Assembly: GCA_964016885.1 (NCBI GenBank) | Contig: OZ024742.1 | Span: 341,558,001-341,622,000 of the forward strand | Reading direction: 5' to 3' | DNA length: 64,000 nt | Origin: Eledone cirrhosa | Lineage: Eukaryota | Shown: one piece after another, positions 15,001-33,000 of the stretch | Layout: each line of letters opens with the position of its first letter | How positions within the stretch are numbered: the stretch's first letter is position 1 | The notes under the pieces: model-generated | The model's input: the letters and a program-made list of their open reading frames with translations, nothing else | Databases searched by the model: none | What the model was told of the DNA's origin: nothing | Position numbers and translations under genes: made by a program

Positions 15001-18000
15001 CCACACTTCTATGACCCACACTTCTATGACCCCCACTTCTATGGCCCACACTTCAATGACCGAAACTTCTATGACCCACACTTATATGACCCACACTTCT
15101 ATGACCCACACTTCTATGACCCACATATCTATGATCCACACTTCTATGACCCACACTTCTATTACGACACTTCTATGATCCACACTTCAATGACCCACAC
15201 TTCTATGACCCACACTTCTATGACCCACATTTCAATGGTCTACACTTCAATGGTCTACACTTCTATGACCCACACTTCTATGACCAACAATTCTGTGAGC
15301 CACACTTCTATGACTTACACTTCTATGGCCCACACTTCTATGGTTCACATTTCTATGATCCACATTTCAATGACCCACAATTCTATGACCCACACTTCTA
15401 TGGCCCACACTTTAATGACCCATACTTCTATAACACACACATCTATGACCCACATTTCTATGATCCACATTTCTATGACCCACACTTCTATGATCCACAC
15501 TTCTATGGCCCACACTTCAATGACCCACACTTCTATGACCCACACTTCAATGGTCCACACTTCTATGACCCACACTTCTATGACCCACACTTCTATGACC
15601 TACACTTCTATGACCCACAATTCTGTAAACCACACTTCTATGACCCACACTTCTATAGCCCACAGTTCAATGACCCACACTTCTATGACCCACATTTCTA
15701 AGACCCACATTTCTATGATCCATATTTCTATCACCCACACTTCTATGACCCACACTTCTATGACCCACACTTCTATGACCCACACTTCTATGACCGACAC
15801 TTCTATTACCCACACTTCTATGATCCACACTACTATGGCCCACACTTCTATGACCCACCCTTCTATGACCCCCACTTCTATGGTCCACACTTCAATGACC
15901 GACACTTCTATGACCCACACTTCTATCACCCACACTTCTATCACCCACACTTCTATGACCCACAATTCTATGACCCACACTTCTATGACCCACATTTCTA
16001 TGATCCACACTTCTATGGCCCACACTTCAATGACCCACACTTTTATGACCCACACTTCTATGACCCACATTTCTATCACCCATACTTCTATGACCCACAA
16101 TTGTATGACCCACACTTCAATGACCCACACTTCTATGACCCACATTTCTATGACCCACACTTCAATGGTCTACACTTCTATGACCCACACTTCTATGACC
16201 CACACTTCTATTACCCACACTTCTATGATCCACCCTTCTATGACCCACATTTCTATGATCCACACTTCTATGACCGACACTTCTATGACCCACACTTCTA
16301 TGGCCCACACTTCACTGACCGACACTTCTATGATCCACACTTCTATGACCCACACTTCTGTGACCCACACTTCTATAAACCCACATTTCTATGACCCACA
16401 ATTCTATGACCCACACTTCTATGACCCACGCTTCTATGACTCACACTTCTATGACCCACGCTTCTATGACCCACACTTCAATGATCCACGCTTCTATGAC
16501 CCACACTTCTATGAGCCACACATCAATGGTCTACACTTCTATGACCAACACTTCTATGACCTACAATTCTATGACCCACACTTCTATGACCCACTCTTCT
16601 ATGACCTACACTTATATGGCCCACACTTCAATGACCCACACTTCTATGACCCACACTTCTATGACCCACACGTCTATGACCCACACTTCAATTACCCACA
16701 CTTCTATGACCCATACTTCTATGACCCACACTTCAATGGTCTACACTTCTATGACCCACACTTCTATGACCCACACTTCTATCACCCACACTTCTATGAC
16801 CCACACATCAATGGGCTACACTTCTATGACCCACACTTCTATGACCCACACTTCAATGGTCTACACTTCTATTACCCACATTTCTATCACCCACATTTCT
16901 ATGACCCACACTTCTATGGCCCACACTTCAATGACACACACTTCTATGACCCACGCTTCTATGACCCACACTTCTATGACCCACACTTCTATGAACCACA
17001 CTTCTATGACCCACAATTCTATGGTCTACACTTCTATGACCCACACTTCTATTACCCACACTTCTATGGCTCACACTTCAATGACCCACACGTCTATGAC
17101 CCACACTTCTATGGCCCACATTTCTATGACCGACATTTCTATGACCCACCCTTCGATGATCCGCACTTCTATGGCCTACAATTCAATGACCCACACTTCT
17201 ATGACCCACACTTCAATGACCCACATTTCTATGATCCACACTTCTATGACCCACACATCTATGAGCCACACTTCTATGACCCACACGTCTATGACCCACA
17301 ATTCTATGACCCACACTTCTATGACTCACATATATATGACCCACATTTATATGATCCACATGTCTATGACCCACACTTCTATGATCCACAGTTCTATGAC
17401 CCACACTTCTATGACCCTCACTTCTATGACTCAAACTTCTATGGCTCACACTTCAATGACCCACACTTCTATGACCCAGACTTCAATGACCCACACTTCT
17501 ATGACCCACACTTCTATGACCTACACTTCTAAGGCCCACATTTCTATGATCCACATTTCTATGATCCACACTTCTATGACCCACACTTCTATGGCCCACA
17601 CTTCAATGACCCACACTTCTATGACCCACACATTTAAGACCCACATTTCTATGATCCACATTTCTAGGACCCACACTTCTAGGATCCACACTTCTATGAT
17701 CCACATTTCCATGATCCACACTTCTATGACCCACACTTCTATGAACCACACTTCTATGACCCACACTTCAATGACCCACACTTCTATGACCCACAGTTCT
17801 ATGACCCACAATTCAATGGTCTACATTTCTATGACCCACACTTCTATGACCCACACTTCTATGACCCACAATTCAATGGTCTACACTTCTATAACCCACA
17901 CTTCTATGACCCACACTTCAATGGTTTACACTTCTATTACCCACATTTCTATGACCCACATTTCTATGACCCACACTTCTATGGCCCACACTTCAAGGAC

Positions 18001-21000
18001 CCACACTTCTATGACCCACACCTCAATGACCCACGCTTCTATGACCCACACTTCTATGACCCACACGTCTATGACCCGCACTTCTATGGCCCACACTTCA
18101 ATGACCAAGTCTTCTATGACCCACACTTTAATGGTCTACACTTCTATGACCCACAATTCTATGACCCACACTTCTATGTCCCACACTTCTATGGCCCACA
18201 GTGCAATGACCCACACTTCTATGACCCACACTTCTAAGGCCCACATTTCTATGATCAACATTTCTATGACCCACACTTCTATGACCCACACTTCTATGGC
18301 ACACTTCAATGACCCACACTTCTATGACTCACATATCTATGACCCACACTTCAATGACCCAAACTTCTGTGACCCACATTTTTATGACCCAGACTTCAAT
18401 GGTCTACACTTCCATGACCCACACTTATATGACCCACACTTCTATGACCCACACTTCAATGACCCACGCTTCAATGACCCACACTTCTATGACCCACACT
18501 TCTATGACCCACACTTTTATGAACCACACTTATATGACCCGCACTTCTGTGACCCACACTTCAATGGTTTACACTTCTATGACCCACACTTCTATGACAC
18601 ACAATTCTATGACCCACACGTCTATGACCCGCACTTCTCTGACCCACACTTCAATGGTCTACACTTCCATGACCCACACTTATATGACCCACACTTCTAT
18701 GGCCCACACTTCTATGATCCACACTTCTATGGCCCACACTTCAATGACCCACCCTTCTATGACCCACATTTCTATGATCCACACTTCTATGACCCACACT
18801 TCTATGACCCACACTTCTATGGCCCACACTTCAATGACCGACACATCTATGAACCACACTTCTAAGACCCACACTTCTATGACCCACTCTTCTATGAACC
18901 ACACATATATGGCCCACACTTCAATGACCCACACTTCAATGACCCACGCTTCTATGACCCACACTTGTATGACCCACACTTCTATGACCCACACTTCTAT
19001 GACCCACACTTCGATGACCCACACTTCTATGACCCACAATTCTATGGTCTACACTTCTATGACACACACTTCTATTACCCACACTTCTATGGCCCACACT
19101 TCAATGACCCACACGTCTATGACCCACACTTCTATGGCCCACATTTCTCTGACCGACATTTCTATGACCCACCCTTCTATGATCCGCACTTCTATGGCCT
19201 ACAATTCAATGACCCACACTTCTATGCCCCACACTTCAATGACCCACATTTCTATGATCCACACTTCTATGACCCACACATCTATGAGACACACTTCTAT
19301 GACCCACACGTCTATGACCCACACTTCTATGACCCACACTTCTATGATCCACACTACTATGGCCCACGCTTCAATGACCCGCCCTTCTATGACCCACATT
19401 TCTATGATCCACACTTCTATGACCCACACTTCTATGACCCCCACTTCTATGGCCCACACTTCAATGACCGACACTTCTATGACCCACACTTCTATGACCC
19501 ACACTTCTATGACCCACACTTCTATGACCCACACTTCTATGACCCACACTTCTATGACCCACATTTCTATGATCCAAACTTCTATGGCCCACACTTCAAT
19601 GACCCACACTTTTATGACCCACACTTCTATGGCCCATATTTCTATGACCCATACTTCTATGACCCACACTTGTATGACTCACACTTCAATGACCCACACT
19701 TCTATGACCCACATTTCTATGACCCACACTTCAATGGTTTACACTTCTATGACCCACACTTCTATGACCCACACTTCTATTACCCACACTTCTATGATCC
19801 ACCCTTCTATGACCCACATTTCTATGACCCACACTTCTATGACCCACACTTCTATGGCCCACACTTCACTGACCGACACTTCTATGACCCACACTTCTAT
19901 GACCCACACTTCTATGATCCACACTTCTATGGACCATACTTCAATGACCCACCCTTCTATGACCCACATTTCTATGACCCACACTTCTATGACCCACACT
20001 TCAATGACCCACACTTCTATGGCCCACACCTCATTGACCGAGACTTCTATGACCCACACTTCTATGACCCACACTTCTATGACCCACATTTCTATGACCC
20101 ACAATTCTATGACCCACACTTCTATGACCCACACTTCTATGACCCACACTTATATGACCCACGCTTCTATGACCCACACTTGTATGACCCACGCTTCTAC
20201 GACCCACACTTCTATGACCCACACTTCTATGACCCACACCACTATGACCCGCACTTCTATGGCCCACACTTCAATGACCAACACTTCTATGACCCACACT
20301 TCTATGAACCACACTTCAATGGTCTACACTTCTATGACCCACACATATATGGCCCACACTTCAATGACCCACACTTCAATGACCCACGCTTCTATGACCC
20401 ACGCTTCTATGACCCACACTTCTATGACCCACACTTCTATGACCCACACTTCTATGACCCACACTTCTATGACCCACACTTCTATGACCCACACTTCTAT
20501 GACCCACAATTCAATGACCCACACTTCTATGACCCGCCCTTCTATGACCCATACTTCTATGGCCCACACTTCAATGATCCACACTTCTATGACCCACACT
20601 TCTATGACCCACACTTTAATGGTCTACACTTCTACGACCCACACTTCTATGACCCACACTTCTATGACCAACAATTCTGTGAGCAACACTTCTATGACTT
20701 ACACTTCTATGGCCCACACTTCTATGGCCCACATTTCTATGATCCACATTTCAATGACCCACAATTCTATGACCCACACTTCTATGGCCCATACTTTAAT
20801 GACCCATACTTCTATAACACATACATCTATGACCCACATTTCTATGATCCACATTTCTATGACCCACACTTCTATGATCCACACTTCTATGGCCCACACT
20901 TCAATGACCCACACTTCTATGACCCACACTGCAATGGTCCACACTTCTATGACCCACACTTCTATGACCCACACTTCTATGACCTACACTTCTATGACCC

Positions 21001-24000
21001 ATAATTCTGTAACCCACACTTCTATGACCCACACTTCTATGGCCCACAGTTCAATGACCCACACTTCTATGACCCACACTTCTAAGGCCCACATTTCTAT
21101 GATCCATATTTCTATGACCCACACTTCTATGACCCACACTTCTATGACCCACACTTCTATGACCCACACTTCTATGATCCACACTACTATGGCCCACACT
21201 TCAATGACCCACCCTTCTATGACCCACATTTCTATGATCCACACTTCTATGACCCACACTTCTATGACCCCCACTTCTATGGTCCACACTTCAATGACCG
21301 ACACTTCTATGACCCACACTTCTATCACCCACACTTCTATGACCCACAATTCTATGACCCACACTTCTATGACCCACATTTCTATGATCCACACTTCTAT
21401 GGCCAACACTTCAATGACCCACACTTTTATGACCCACACTTCTATGACCCACATTTCTATCACCCATACTTCTATGACTCTCAATTGTATGACCCACACT
21501 TCAATGACCCACACTTCTATGACCCACACTTCAATGGTCTACACTTCTATGACCCACACTTCTATGACCCACACTTCTATTACCCACACTTCTATGATCC
21601 ACCCTTCTATGACCCACATTTCTATGACCCACACTTCTATGACCGACACTTCTATGACCCACACTTCTATGGCCCACACTTCACTGACCGACACTTCTAT
21701 GACCCACACTTCTATGATCCACACTTCTATGACCCACACTTCTATAAACCGACATTTCTATGACCCACAATTCTATGACCCACACTTCTATGACCCACAC
21801 TTCTATGACCCACACTTCTATGACCCACGCTTCTATGACCCACACTTCTATGACCCACGCTTCTATGACCCACACTTCAATGATCCACGCTTCTATGACC
21901 CAAACTTCTATGAGCCACACATCAATGGTCTACACTTCTATGACCCACACTTCTATGACCTACAATTCTATGACCCACACTTCTATGACCCACTCTTCTA
22001 TGACCTACACTTATATGGCCCACACTTCAATGACCCACACTTCTATGACCCACACTTCAATGACCCACAATTCTATGACCCACACTTCTATGACCCACAC
22101 GTCTATGACCCACACTTCAATTACCCACACTTCTATGACCCATACTTCTATGACCCACACTTCAATGGTCTACACTTCTATGACCAACACTTCTATCACC
22201 CACACTTCTATCACCCACACTTCTATGACCCACACATCAATGGGCTACACTTCTATGACCCACACTTCTATGACCCACACTTCAATGGTCTACACTTCTA
22301 TTACCCACATTTCTATCACCCACATTTCTATGACCCACACTTCTATGGCCCACACTTCAATGACCCACACTTCTATGACCCACGCTTCTATGACCCACAC
22401 TTCTATGACCCACACTTCTATGACCCACACGTCTATGACCCGCACTTCTATGACCCACGCTTCTATGGCCCACACTTCAATGATCAACACTTCTATGACC
22501 AAGACTTCTATGACCCACACTTCAATGGTCTACACTTCTATGACCCACAATTCTATGACCCACACTTCTATGGACCACAGTGAAATGACCCACACTTCTA
22601 TGACCCACACTTCTAAGGCCCACATTTCTATGATCCACATTTCTATGACCCACATTTCTATGACCCACACTTCTATGGCCCACACTTCAATGACCCACAC
22701 TTCTATGACTCACATATATATGACCCACATTTATATGATCCACATGTCTATGACCCACACTTCTATGATCCACAGTTCTATGTCCCACATTTCTATGATC
22801 CACACTTTTATGACCCACACTTCTATGAACCACACTTCTATGACCGACACTTCAATGACCCACACTTCTATGTCCCACAATTCAATGGTCTACACTTCTA
22901 TGACCCACACTTCTATGACCCACACTTATATGACCCACACTTCTATGGCCCACACTTCAATGACCCACACGTCTATGAGTCACACTTCTATAGCCCACAT
23001 TTATATGATCCACACTTCTATGACCCACAATTCTATGACCCACACTTCTATGACCCTCACTTCTATGACTCAAACTTCTATGGCCCACACTTCAATGACC
23101 CACACTTCTATGACCCAGACTTCAATGACCCACACTTCTATGACCCACACTTCTATGATCTACATTTCTAAGGCCCACATTTCTATGATCCACATTTCTA
23201 TGATCCACACTTCTATGGCCCACACTTCAATGACGCACACTTCTATGACCCACACATTTAAGACCCACATTTCTATGATCCACATTTCTAGGACCCACAC
23301 TTCTATGAACCACACTTCCATGACCCACACTTCAATGACCCACACTTCTATGACCCACAGTTCTATGACCCACAATTCAATGGTCTACACTTCTATGACC
23401 CACACTTCTATGACCCACAATTCAATGGTCTACACTTCCATAACCCACACTTCTATGACCCACACATCTATTACCCACATTTCTATGACCCACATTTCTA
23501 TGACCCACACTTCTATGGCCCACACATCAAGGACCCACACATCTATGTCCCACACTTCAATGGTCTACACTTCTATGGCCCACACTTCTATGACCCACAA
23601 TTCTATGACCCACACTTCTATGGCCCACACTTTAATGACCCATACTTCTATAACACACACATCTATGACCCACACTTCTATGACCCACACTTCTATGGCC
23701 CACATTTCTAAGATCCACATTTCTATGGCCCACATTTCTACGACCCACACTTCTATGGGCCACACTTCAATGACCCACGCTTCTATACCCCACACATCTA
23801 TGTCCCACACTTCAATGGTCTACACTTCTATGGCCCACACTTCTATGACCCACATTTCTATGACCCACATTTCTATGACCCATATTTCTCTGATCAACAC
23901 TTGTATGACCCACACATCTATGACCCAAACTTCTATGAACCACACTTCAATGACGCACACTTCTATGACCCACACTTCTAAGGCCTACATTTCTATGATC

Positions 24001-27000
24001 CATATTTCTATGACCCACACTTCTATGACCCACACTTCTATGGCCCCCACTTCAATGACCCACACATCTATGACCCACATTTCTATGATCCACATTTCTA
24101 TGACCCACACTTCTATGATCCACACTTCTATGACCCACATATCTATGATCCACACTTCTATAAACGACACTTCTATGATCCACACTTCAATGACCCACAC
24201 TTCTATGACCCACACTTCTATGACTCACATTTCAATGGTCTACACTTCAATGGTCTACACTTCTATGACCCACACTTCTATGACCCACACTTCTATGGCC
24301 CACACTTCAATGACCCACACGTCTATGACCCACACTTCTCTGGCCCACAGTTCTCTGACCGACATTTCTATGACCCACCCTTCTATGATCCGCACTTCTA
24401 TGGCCTACACTTCAATGACCCACACTTCTATGACCTACACTTCAATGACCCACGTTTCTATGATCCACACTTCTATGACCCACACATCTATGACCCACAC
24501 TTCTATGACTCACACTTCTATGACCCACACTTCTATGACCCACACTTCTATGATCCACACTACTATGGCCCACACTTCAATGACCCACCCTTCTATGACC
24601 CACATTTCTATGATCCACACTTCTATGACCCACACTTCTATGACCCCCACCTCTATGGTCCACACTTCAATGACCGACACTTCTATGACCCACACTTCTA
24701 TGACCCACACTTCTATGACCCACAATTCTATGACCCACACTTCTATGATCCACATTTCTATGATCCACACTTCTATGGCCCACACTTCAATGACCCACAC
24801 TTTTATGACCCACACTTCTATGACCCACATTTCTATCACCCATACTTCTATGACCCACACTTGTATGACCCACACTTCAATGTCCCACACTTCTATGACC
24901 CACATTTCTATGACCCACACTTCAATGGTCTACACTTCTATGACCCACACTTCTATGACCCACACTTCAATGGTCTACACTTCTATGATCCACCCTTCTA
25001 TGACCCACATTTCTATGACCCACACTTTTATGACCGACACTTCTATGACCCACACTTCTATGGCCCACAGTTCACTGACCGACACTTCTATGACCCACAC
25101 TTCTATGACCCACACTTCTATAAACCCACATTTCTATGACCCATAATTCTATGACCCACACTTCTATGACCCACGCTTCTATGACCCACACTTCTATGAC
25201 CCACGCTTCTATGACCCACACTTCTATGACCCACACTTCTATGGCCCACACTTCAATGATCAACACTTCTATGACCAAGACTTCTATGACCCACACTTCA
25301 ATGGTCTATACTTCTATGACCCACAATTCTATGACCCACACTTCTATGACTCACACTTCTATGGACCACAGTGCAATGACCCACACTTCTATGACCCACA
25401 CTTCTAAGGCCCACATTTCTATGACCCACACTTCTATGACCCACACTTCTATGGCCCACACTTCAATGACCCACACTTCTATGACTCACATATATATGAC
25501 CCACATTTATATGATCCACATGTCTATGACCCACACTTCTATGATCCACAGTTCTATGTCCCACATTTCTATGATCCACACTTCTATGACCCACACTTCT
25601 ATGAACCACACTTCTATGACCCACACTTCAATGACCCACACTTCTATGACCCACACTTCTATGGCCCACACTTCAATGACCCACACGTCTATGAGTCACA
25701 CTTCTATAGCCCACATTTCTATGACCGACATTTCTATGACCCACACTTCTATGATCCACACTTCTATGGCCCACACTTCAATGACCCACACTTCTATGAC
25801 CCACATTTCAATGACCCACATTTCTATGATCCACACTTCTATGACCCACAATTCTATGACCCACACTTCTATGACCCTCACTTCTATTACTCACACTTCT
25901 ATGGCCCACACTTCAATGACCCACACTTCTATGACCCAGACTTCAATGACCCACACTTCTATGACCCACACTTCTATGACCTACACTTCTAAGGCCCACG
26001 TTTCTATGATCCACATTTCTATGATCCACACTTCTATGACCCACACTTCTATGGCCCACACTTCAATGACCCACACTTCTATGACCCACACATTTAAGAC
26101 CCACATTTCTATGATCCACATTTCTAGGACCCACACTTCTATGATCCGCACTTCTATGATCCACACTTCTATGAACCACACTTCTATGACCCACACTTCA
26201 ATGACCCACACTTCTATGACCCACAGTTCTATGACCCACAATTCACTGGTCTACACTTCTATGACCCACACTTCTATGACCCACAATTCAATGGTGTACA
26301 CTTCTATAACCCACACTTCTATGACCCACACTTCAATGGTCTACACTTCTATTACCCACATTTCTATGACCCACATTTCTATGACCCACACTTCTATGGC
26401 CCACACTTCAAGGACCCACACTTCTATGACCCACACTTCAATGACCCACGCTTCTATGAACCACACTTCTATGACCCACATTTCTATGACCCACACGTCT
26501 ATGACCCGCACTTCTATGGCCCACACTTCAATGACCAAGACTTCTATGACCCACACTTTAATGGTCTACACTTCTATGACCCACAATTCTATGACCCACA
26601 CTACTATGACCCACAATTCTATGGCCCACAGTGCAATGACCCACACTTCTAAGGCCCACATTTCTATGATCCACATTTCTATGACCCACACTTCTATGAC
26701 CCACACTTCTATGGCACACTTCAATGACCCACACTTCTATGACTCACATATCTATGACCCACATTTATATGATCCACATTTCTATGACCCACACTTCTAT
26801 GATCCACACTTCTATGGCCCACACTTCAATGACCCACACGTCTATGACACACACTTCTATGGCCCACATTTCTATGACCGACATTTCTATGACCCACACT
26901 TCTATGATCCACACTTCTATGGCCCACACTTCAATTACCCACAAGTCTATGACCCACAATTCAATAACCCACATTTATATGATCCACACTTCTATGATCC

Positions 27001-30000
27001 ACATTTCTATGACACACAGTTCTATGACCCACACTTCAATGACCCACACTTCTATGAACCACATTTCTATGACCCAGACTTCAATGGTCTACACTTCCAT
27101 GACCCACACTTATATGACCCACACTTCCATGACCCACACTTCTATGATGCACATTTCTATGGCCCACACTTCAATGACCCACCCTTCTATGACCCACATT
27201 TCTATGATCCACACTTCTATGACCCACACTTCTATGACCCACACTTCTATGACCCACACTTCTATGACCCACACTTCTATGATCCACACTTCTATGACCC
27301 ACAATTCTATGACCCACACTTCTATGACACACATTTCTATGATCCACACTTTTATGACCCATACTTCTATGACCCACACTTCAATGAGCCACGCTTCAAT
27401 GACCCACACTTCTATGACCAACACTTCTATGACCCACACTTTTATGACCCACACTTCTATGACCCGCACTTCTGTGACCCACACTTCAATTGTTTACACT
27501 TCTATGACCCACACTTCTATGACACACAATTCTATGACCCACACGTCTATGACCCGCACTTCTCTGATCCACACTTCTATGACCCACACTTCAATGGTCT
27601 ACACTTCTATTATCCACACTTCTATGACCCACACTTCTATGACCCACACTTCTATGACCCACACTTCAATGACCCACACTTCTATGGCCCACACATCAAT
27701 GACCCACACTTCTATGACCCACACTTCTATGGCCCACACATCAATGACCCACACTTCTATGACCCACACTTCAATGGTCTACACTTCTATTATCCACACT
27801 TCTATGACCCACACATCTATGACCCACACTTCTATGACCCACACTTCAATGACCCACATTTCTATGACCCGCACTTCTCTGACCCACACTTCTATGACCC
27901 TCACTTCAATGGTCTACACTTCTATTATCCACACTTCTATGACCCACACATCTATGACCCACACTTCTATGACCCACACTTCAATGACCCACAGTTCTAT
28001 GACCCACACTTCTATGACAGACACTTCTATGACCCACACTTCTATGGCCCACACTTCAATGACCCACACTTGTATGACCCACACTTCTGTGGCCCACATT
28101 TCTATGATCCACATTTCTATGACCCTCACTTCTATGACCCACACTTCTATGGCCCACACTTCAATGACGTACAATTGTTAGACCCACACATCTATGACCC
28201 ACATTTCTATGATCCACATTTCTATGACCCACACTTCAATGGTCCACACTTCTATGGTCCACACTTCTATGACCCACATTTCTATGACCCACATTTCTAT
28301 GATCAACACTTGTATGACCCACACTTCTATGACCCACATTTCTATGAACTACACTTCAATGACGCACACTTCTATGACACACACTTCTATGACCCACACA
28401 TCTATGACCCACACTTCTATGACCCACACTTCAATGGTCTACTCTTCTATGACCCACACTTCTATGACCCACACTTCAATGGTCTACACTTCTATGACCC
28501 ACACTTCTAGACCCACACTTCTATGATCCACATTTCTATGACCCACACTTCTATGACCTACACTTCTCTGGTCCACATTTCTATGAAGCACATTTCCATG
28601 ACCCATAATTCTATGGCCCACAGTTCTATGGCCCACACTTCAATGACCCACACTTCTATGACCCACACAACTATGACCCACATTTCTATGACCCACACTT
28701 CTATGACCCACACATCTATGAGCCACACTTCTACGGCCCACACTTCTATGACCCACAATTCTGTGACACACACTTCTATGACCCACATTTCTATGATCCT
28801 CACTTCAATGGTCTACACTTCTATGACCCACACTTCTATGACCCACACTTCTATGAACCACACTCCTATGACCCACAATTCTATGACCCACACTTCTATG
28901 ACCCACACTTCTGTGACCCACACTTCTATGGCCCACACTTCAATGACCCACACTTCTATGACCCACACTTCTAAGACCCACACTTCAATGATCTACACTT
29001 CTATGACCCACACTTCTATGATCCACACTTCTATGGCCCACACTTCAATGACCCACACTTCTATGACCCACACTTCTATGACCCACAATTCTATGAGCCA
29101 CACTTCTATGCCCCGCACTTCTATTACCCACAATTCTAAGGCCCAGACTTCAATGACCCACACTTCTATGACCACACTTCTATGACCCACAATTCTATGA
29201 CACACAATTCTATTACTCACACCTCTATGACCCGCACTTCTATGACCCACACTTCAATGGCCCACACTTCTATGACCCACATTTCTATGACCCACACTTC
29301 AATGTTCTACACTTCTATGACCCACACTTCTAAGACCCACACTTCTATGAACCACAATTCTATGACCCACACTTCTATGACCCACACTTCTATGACCCAC
29401 ACTTCTATGGCCCACATTTCTAAGATCCACATTTCTATGACCCACAATTCTACGGCACACACTTCTATGGCCCACACTTCAATGACCCACGCTTCTATAA
29501 CCCACACATCTATGTCCCACACTTCAATGGTCTACACTTCTATGGCCCACACTTCTATGACCCACACTTCTATGACCCACACTTCTATGACCCACAATTC
29601 AATGACCCACACTTCTATGACCCGCCCTTCTATGACCCATACTTCTATGGCCCACACTTCAATGATCCACACTTCTATGACCCACACTTCTATGACCCAC
29701 AATTCTGTGAGCCACACTTCTATGACTTACACTTCTATGACCCACACTTCTATGGTCCACATTTCTATGATCCACATTTCAATGACCCACAATTCTATGA
29801 CCCAAACTTCTATGGCCCACACTTTAAGGACCCACACTTCTATAATACACACATCTATGACCCACATTTCTATGACCCACATTTCTATGACCTACACTTC
29901 TATGATCCACACTTCTATGGCCCACACTTCAATGACCAACACTTCTATGACCCACACTTCTATGACCCACACTTCTATGACCCAGACTTCTATAACACAC

Positions 30001-33000
30001 AATTATATGACCCACACTTTAATGGTCTACACTTCTACGACCCACATTTCTATGGCCCACACTTCTATGACCCACACTTCTATGACCCACACTTCTATGA
30101 CCCACAACTCAATGACCCACACTTCTATGACCCGCCCTTCTATGACCCATACTTCTATGGCCCACACTTCAATGATCCACACTTCTATGACCCACACTTC
30201 TATGACCCACACTTTAATGGTCTACACTTCTACGACCCACACTTCTAGGACCCACACTTCTATGACCCACAATTCTCTGAGCCACACTTCTATGACTTAC
30301 ACTTCTATGGCCCACACTTCTATGTCCACATTTCTATGATCCACATTTCAATGACCCAAAATTCTATGACCCACATTTCTATGGCCCACACTTTAATGAC
30401 CCACACTTCTATAACACACACATCTATGACCCACACTTTAATGGTCTACACTTCTACGACCCACACTTCTAGGACCCACACTTCTATGACCCACAATTCT
30501 GTGAGCCACATTTCTATGACTTACACTTCTATGGCCCACACTTCTATGGTCCACATTTCTATGATCCACATTTCAATGACCCACAATTCTATGACCCACA
30601 TTTCTATGGCCCACACTTTAATGACCCACACTTCTATAACACACACATCTATGACCCACATTTCTATGATCCACATTTCTATGACCCATACTTCTAAGGC
30701 CCACATTTCTATGATCCATATTTCTATGACCCACACTTCTATGACCCACACTTCTATGGCCCCCACTTCAATGACCCACACTTCTATGACCCACACATCT
30801 ATGACCCACATTTCTATGATCCACATTTCTATGACCCACAATTCTATGATCCACACTTCTATGACCCACATATCTATGATCCACACTTCTATGACCCACA
30901 CTTCTATAAACGACACTTCTATGATCCACACTTCAATGACCCACACTTCTATGACCCACACTTCTATGACCCACATTTTAATGGTCTACACATCAATGGT
31001 CTACACTTCTATGACCCACACTTCTATGACCCACACTTCTATGGCCCACACTTCAATGACCCACACGTCTATGACCCACACTTCTATGACCCACATTTCT
31101 ATGACCGACATTTCTATGACCCACCCTTCTATGACCCACACTTCTATGACCCACAATTCTATGACCCACAATTCTATGACCCACATATCTATGATCCACA
31201 CTTCTATGACCCTCACTTCTATGACACACACTTCTATGACCCACACTTCTATGGCCCACACTTCTATGACCCACACTTCTATGATCCACACTACTATGGC
31301 CCACACTTCTACGGCCCACACTTCTATGACCCACAATTCTGTGACACACACTTCTATGACACACATTTCTATGATCCTCACTTCAATGGTCTACACTTCT
31401 ATGACCCACACTTTTATGACCCACACTTCTATAAACCACACTCCTATGACCCACAATTCTATGACCCACACTTCTATGACCCGCACTTCTGTGACCCGCA
31501 CTTCTATGGCTCAAACTTCAATGACCCACACTTCTATGACCCACACTTCTAAGACCCACAATTCTATGAGCCACACTTCTATGCCCCGCACTTCTATTAC
31601 CCACACTTCTATGGCCCAGACTTCAATGATCCACACTTCTATGACCCACTCTTCTATGACCCACACTTCTATGACCCACAATTCTATGACACACAATTCT
31701 ATTACTCACACTTCTATGACCCGCACTTCTATGACCCACACTTCTATGACCTACAATTCTATGACCCACACTTCTATGACCCACTCTTCTATGACCCACA
31801 CATATATGGCCCACACTTCAATGTCCCACACTTCAATGACCCACGCTTCTATGACCCACACTTCTATGACCCACACTTCTATGACCCACAATTCTATGGT
31901 CTACACTTCTATGACCCACACTTCTATGACGCACACTTCTATGACCCACACTTCTATAACACACAATTCTATGACCCACACGTCTATGAGCCGCACTTCT
32001 ATGACCCACACTTCTATGACCCACACTTCTATGACCCACACTTCTATGACCCACACTTCTATGACCCACAATTCAATGACCCACACTTCTATGACCCGCC
32101 CTTCTATGACCCATACTTCTATGGCCCACACTTCAATGATCCACACTTCTATGACCCACACTTCTATGACCCACACTTCTATGACCCACACTTCTACGAC
32201 CCACACTTCTATGACCCACACTTCTATGACCCACAATTCTGTGAGCCACACTTCTATGACTTACACTTCTATGGCCCACACTTCTATGGTCCACATTTCT
32301 ATGATCCACATTTCAATGACCCACAATTCCATGACCCACACTTCTATGGCCCACACTTTAATGACCCATACTTCTATAACACACACATCTATGACCCACA
32401 TTTCTATGAACCACACTTCTATGATCCACACTTCTATGGCCCACACTTCAATGACCCACACTTCTATGACCCACACTTCAATGACCCACGCTTCTATACC
32501 CCACACATCTATGTCCCACACTTCAATGGTCTACACTTCTATGGCCCACACTTCTATGACCCACAATTCTATGACCCACACTTCTATGGCCCACACTTTA
32601 ATGACCCATACTTCTATAACACACACATCTATGACCCACACTTCTATGACCCACACTTCTATGGCCCACATTTCTAAGATCCACATTTCTATGGCCCACA
32701 TTTCTACGACCCACACTTCTATGGGCCACACTTCAATGACCCACGCTTCTATACCCCACACATCTATGTCCAACACTTCAATGGTCTACACTTCTATGGC
32801 CCACACTTCTATGACCCACATTTCTATGACCCACATTTCTATGACCCATATTTCTATGATCAACACTTGTATGACCCACACATCTATGACCCACACTTCT
32901 ATGAACCACACTTCAATGACGCACACTTCTATGACCCACACTTCTAAGGCCCACATTTCTATGATCCATATTTCTATGACCCACACTTCTATGACCCACA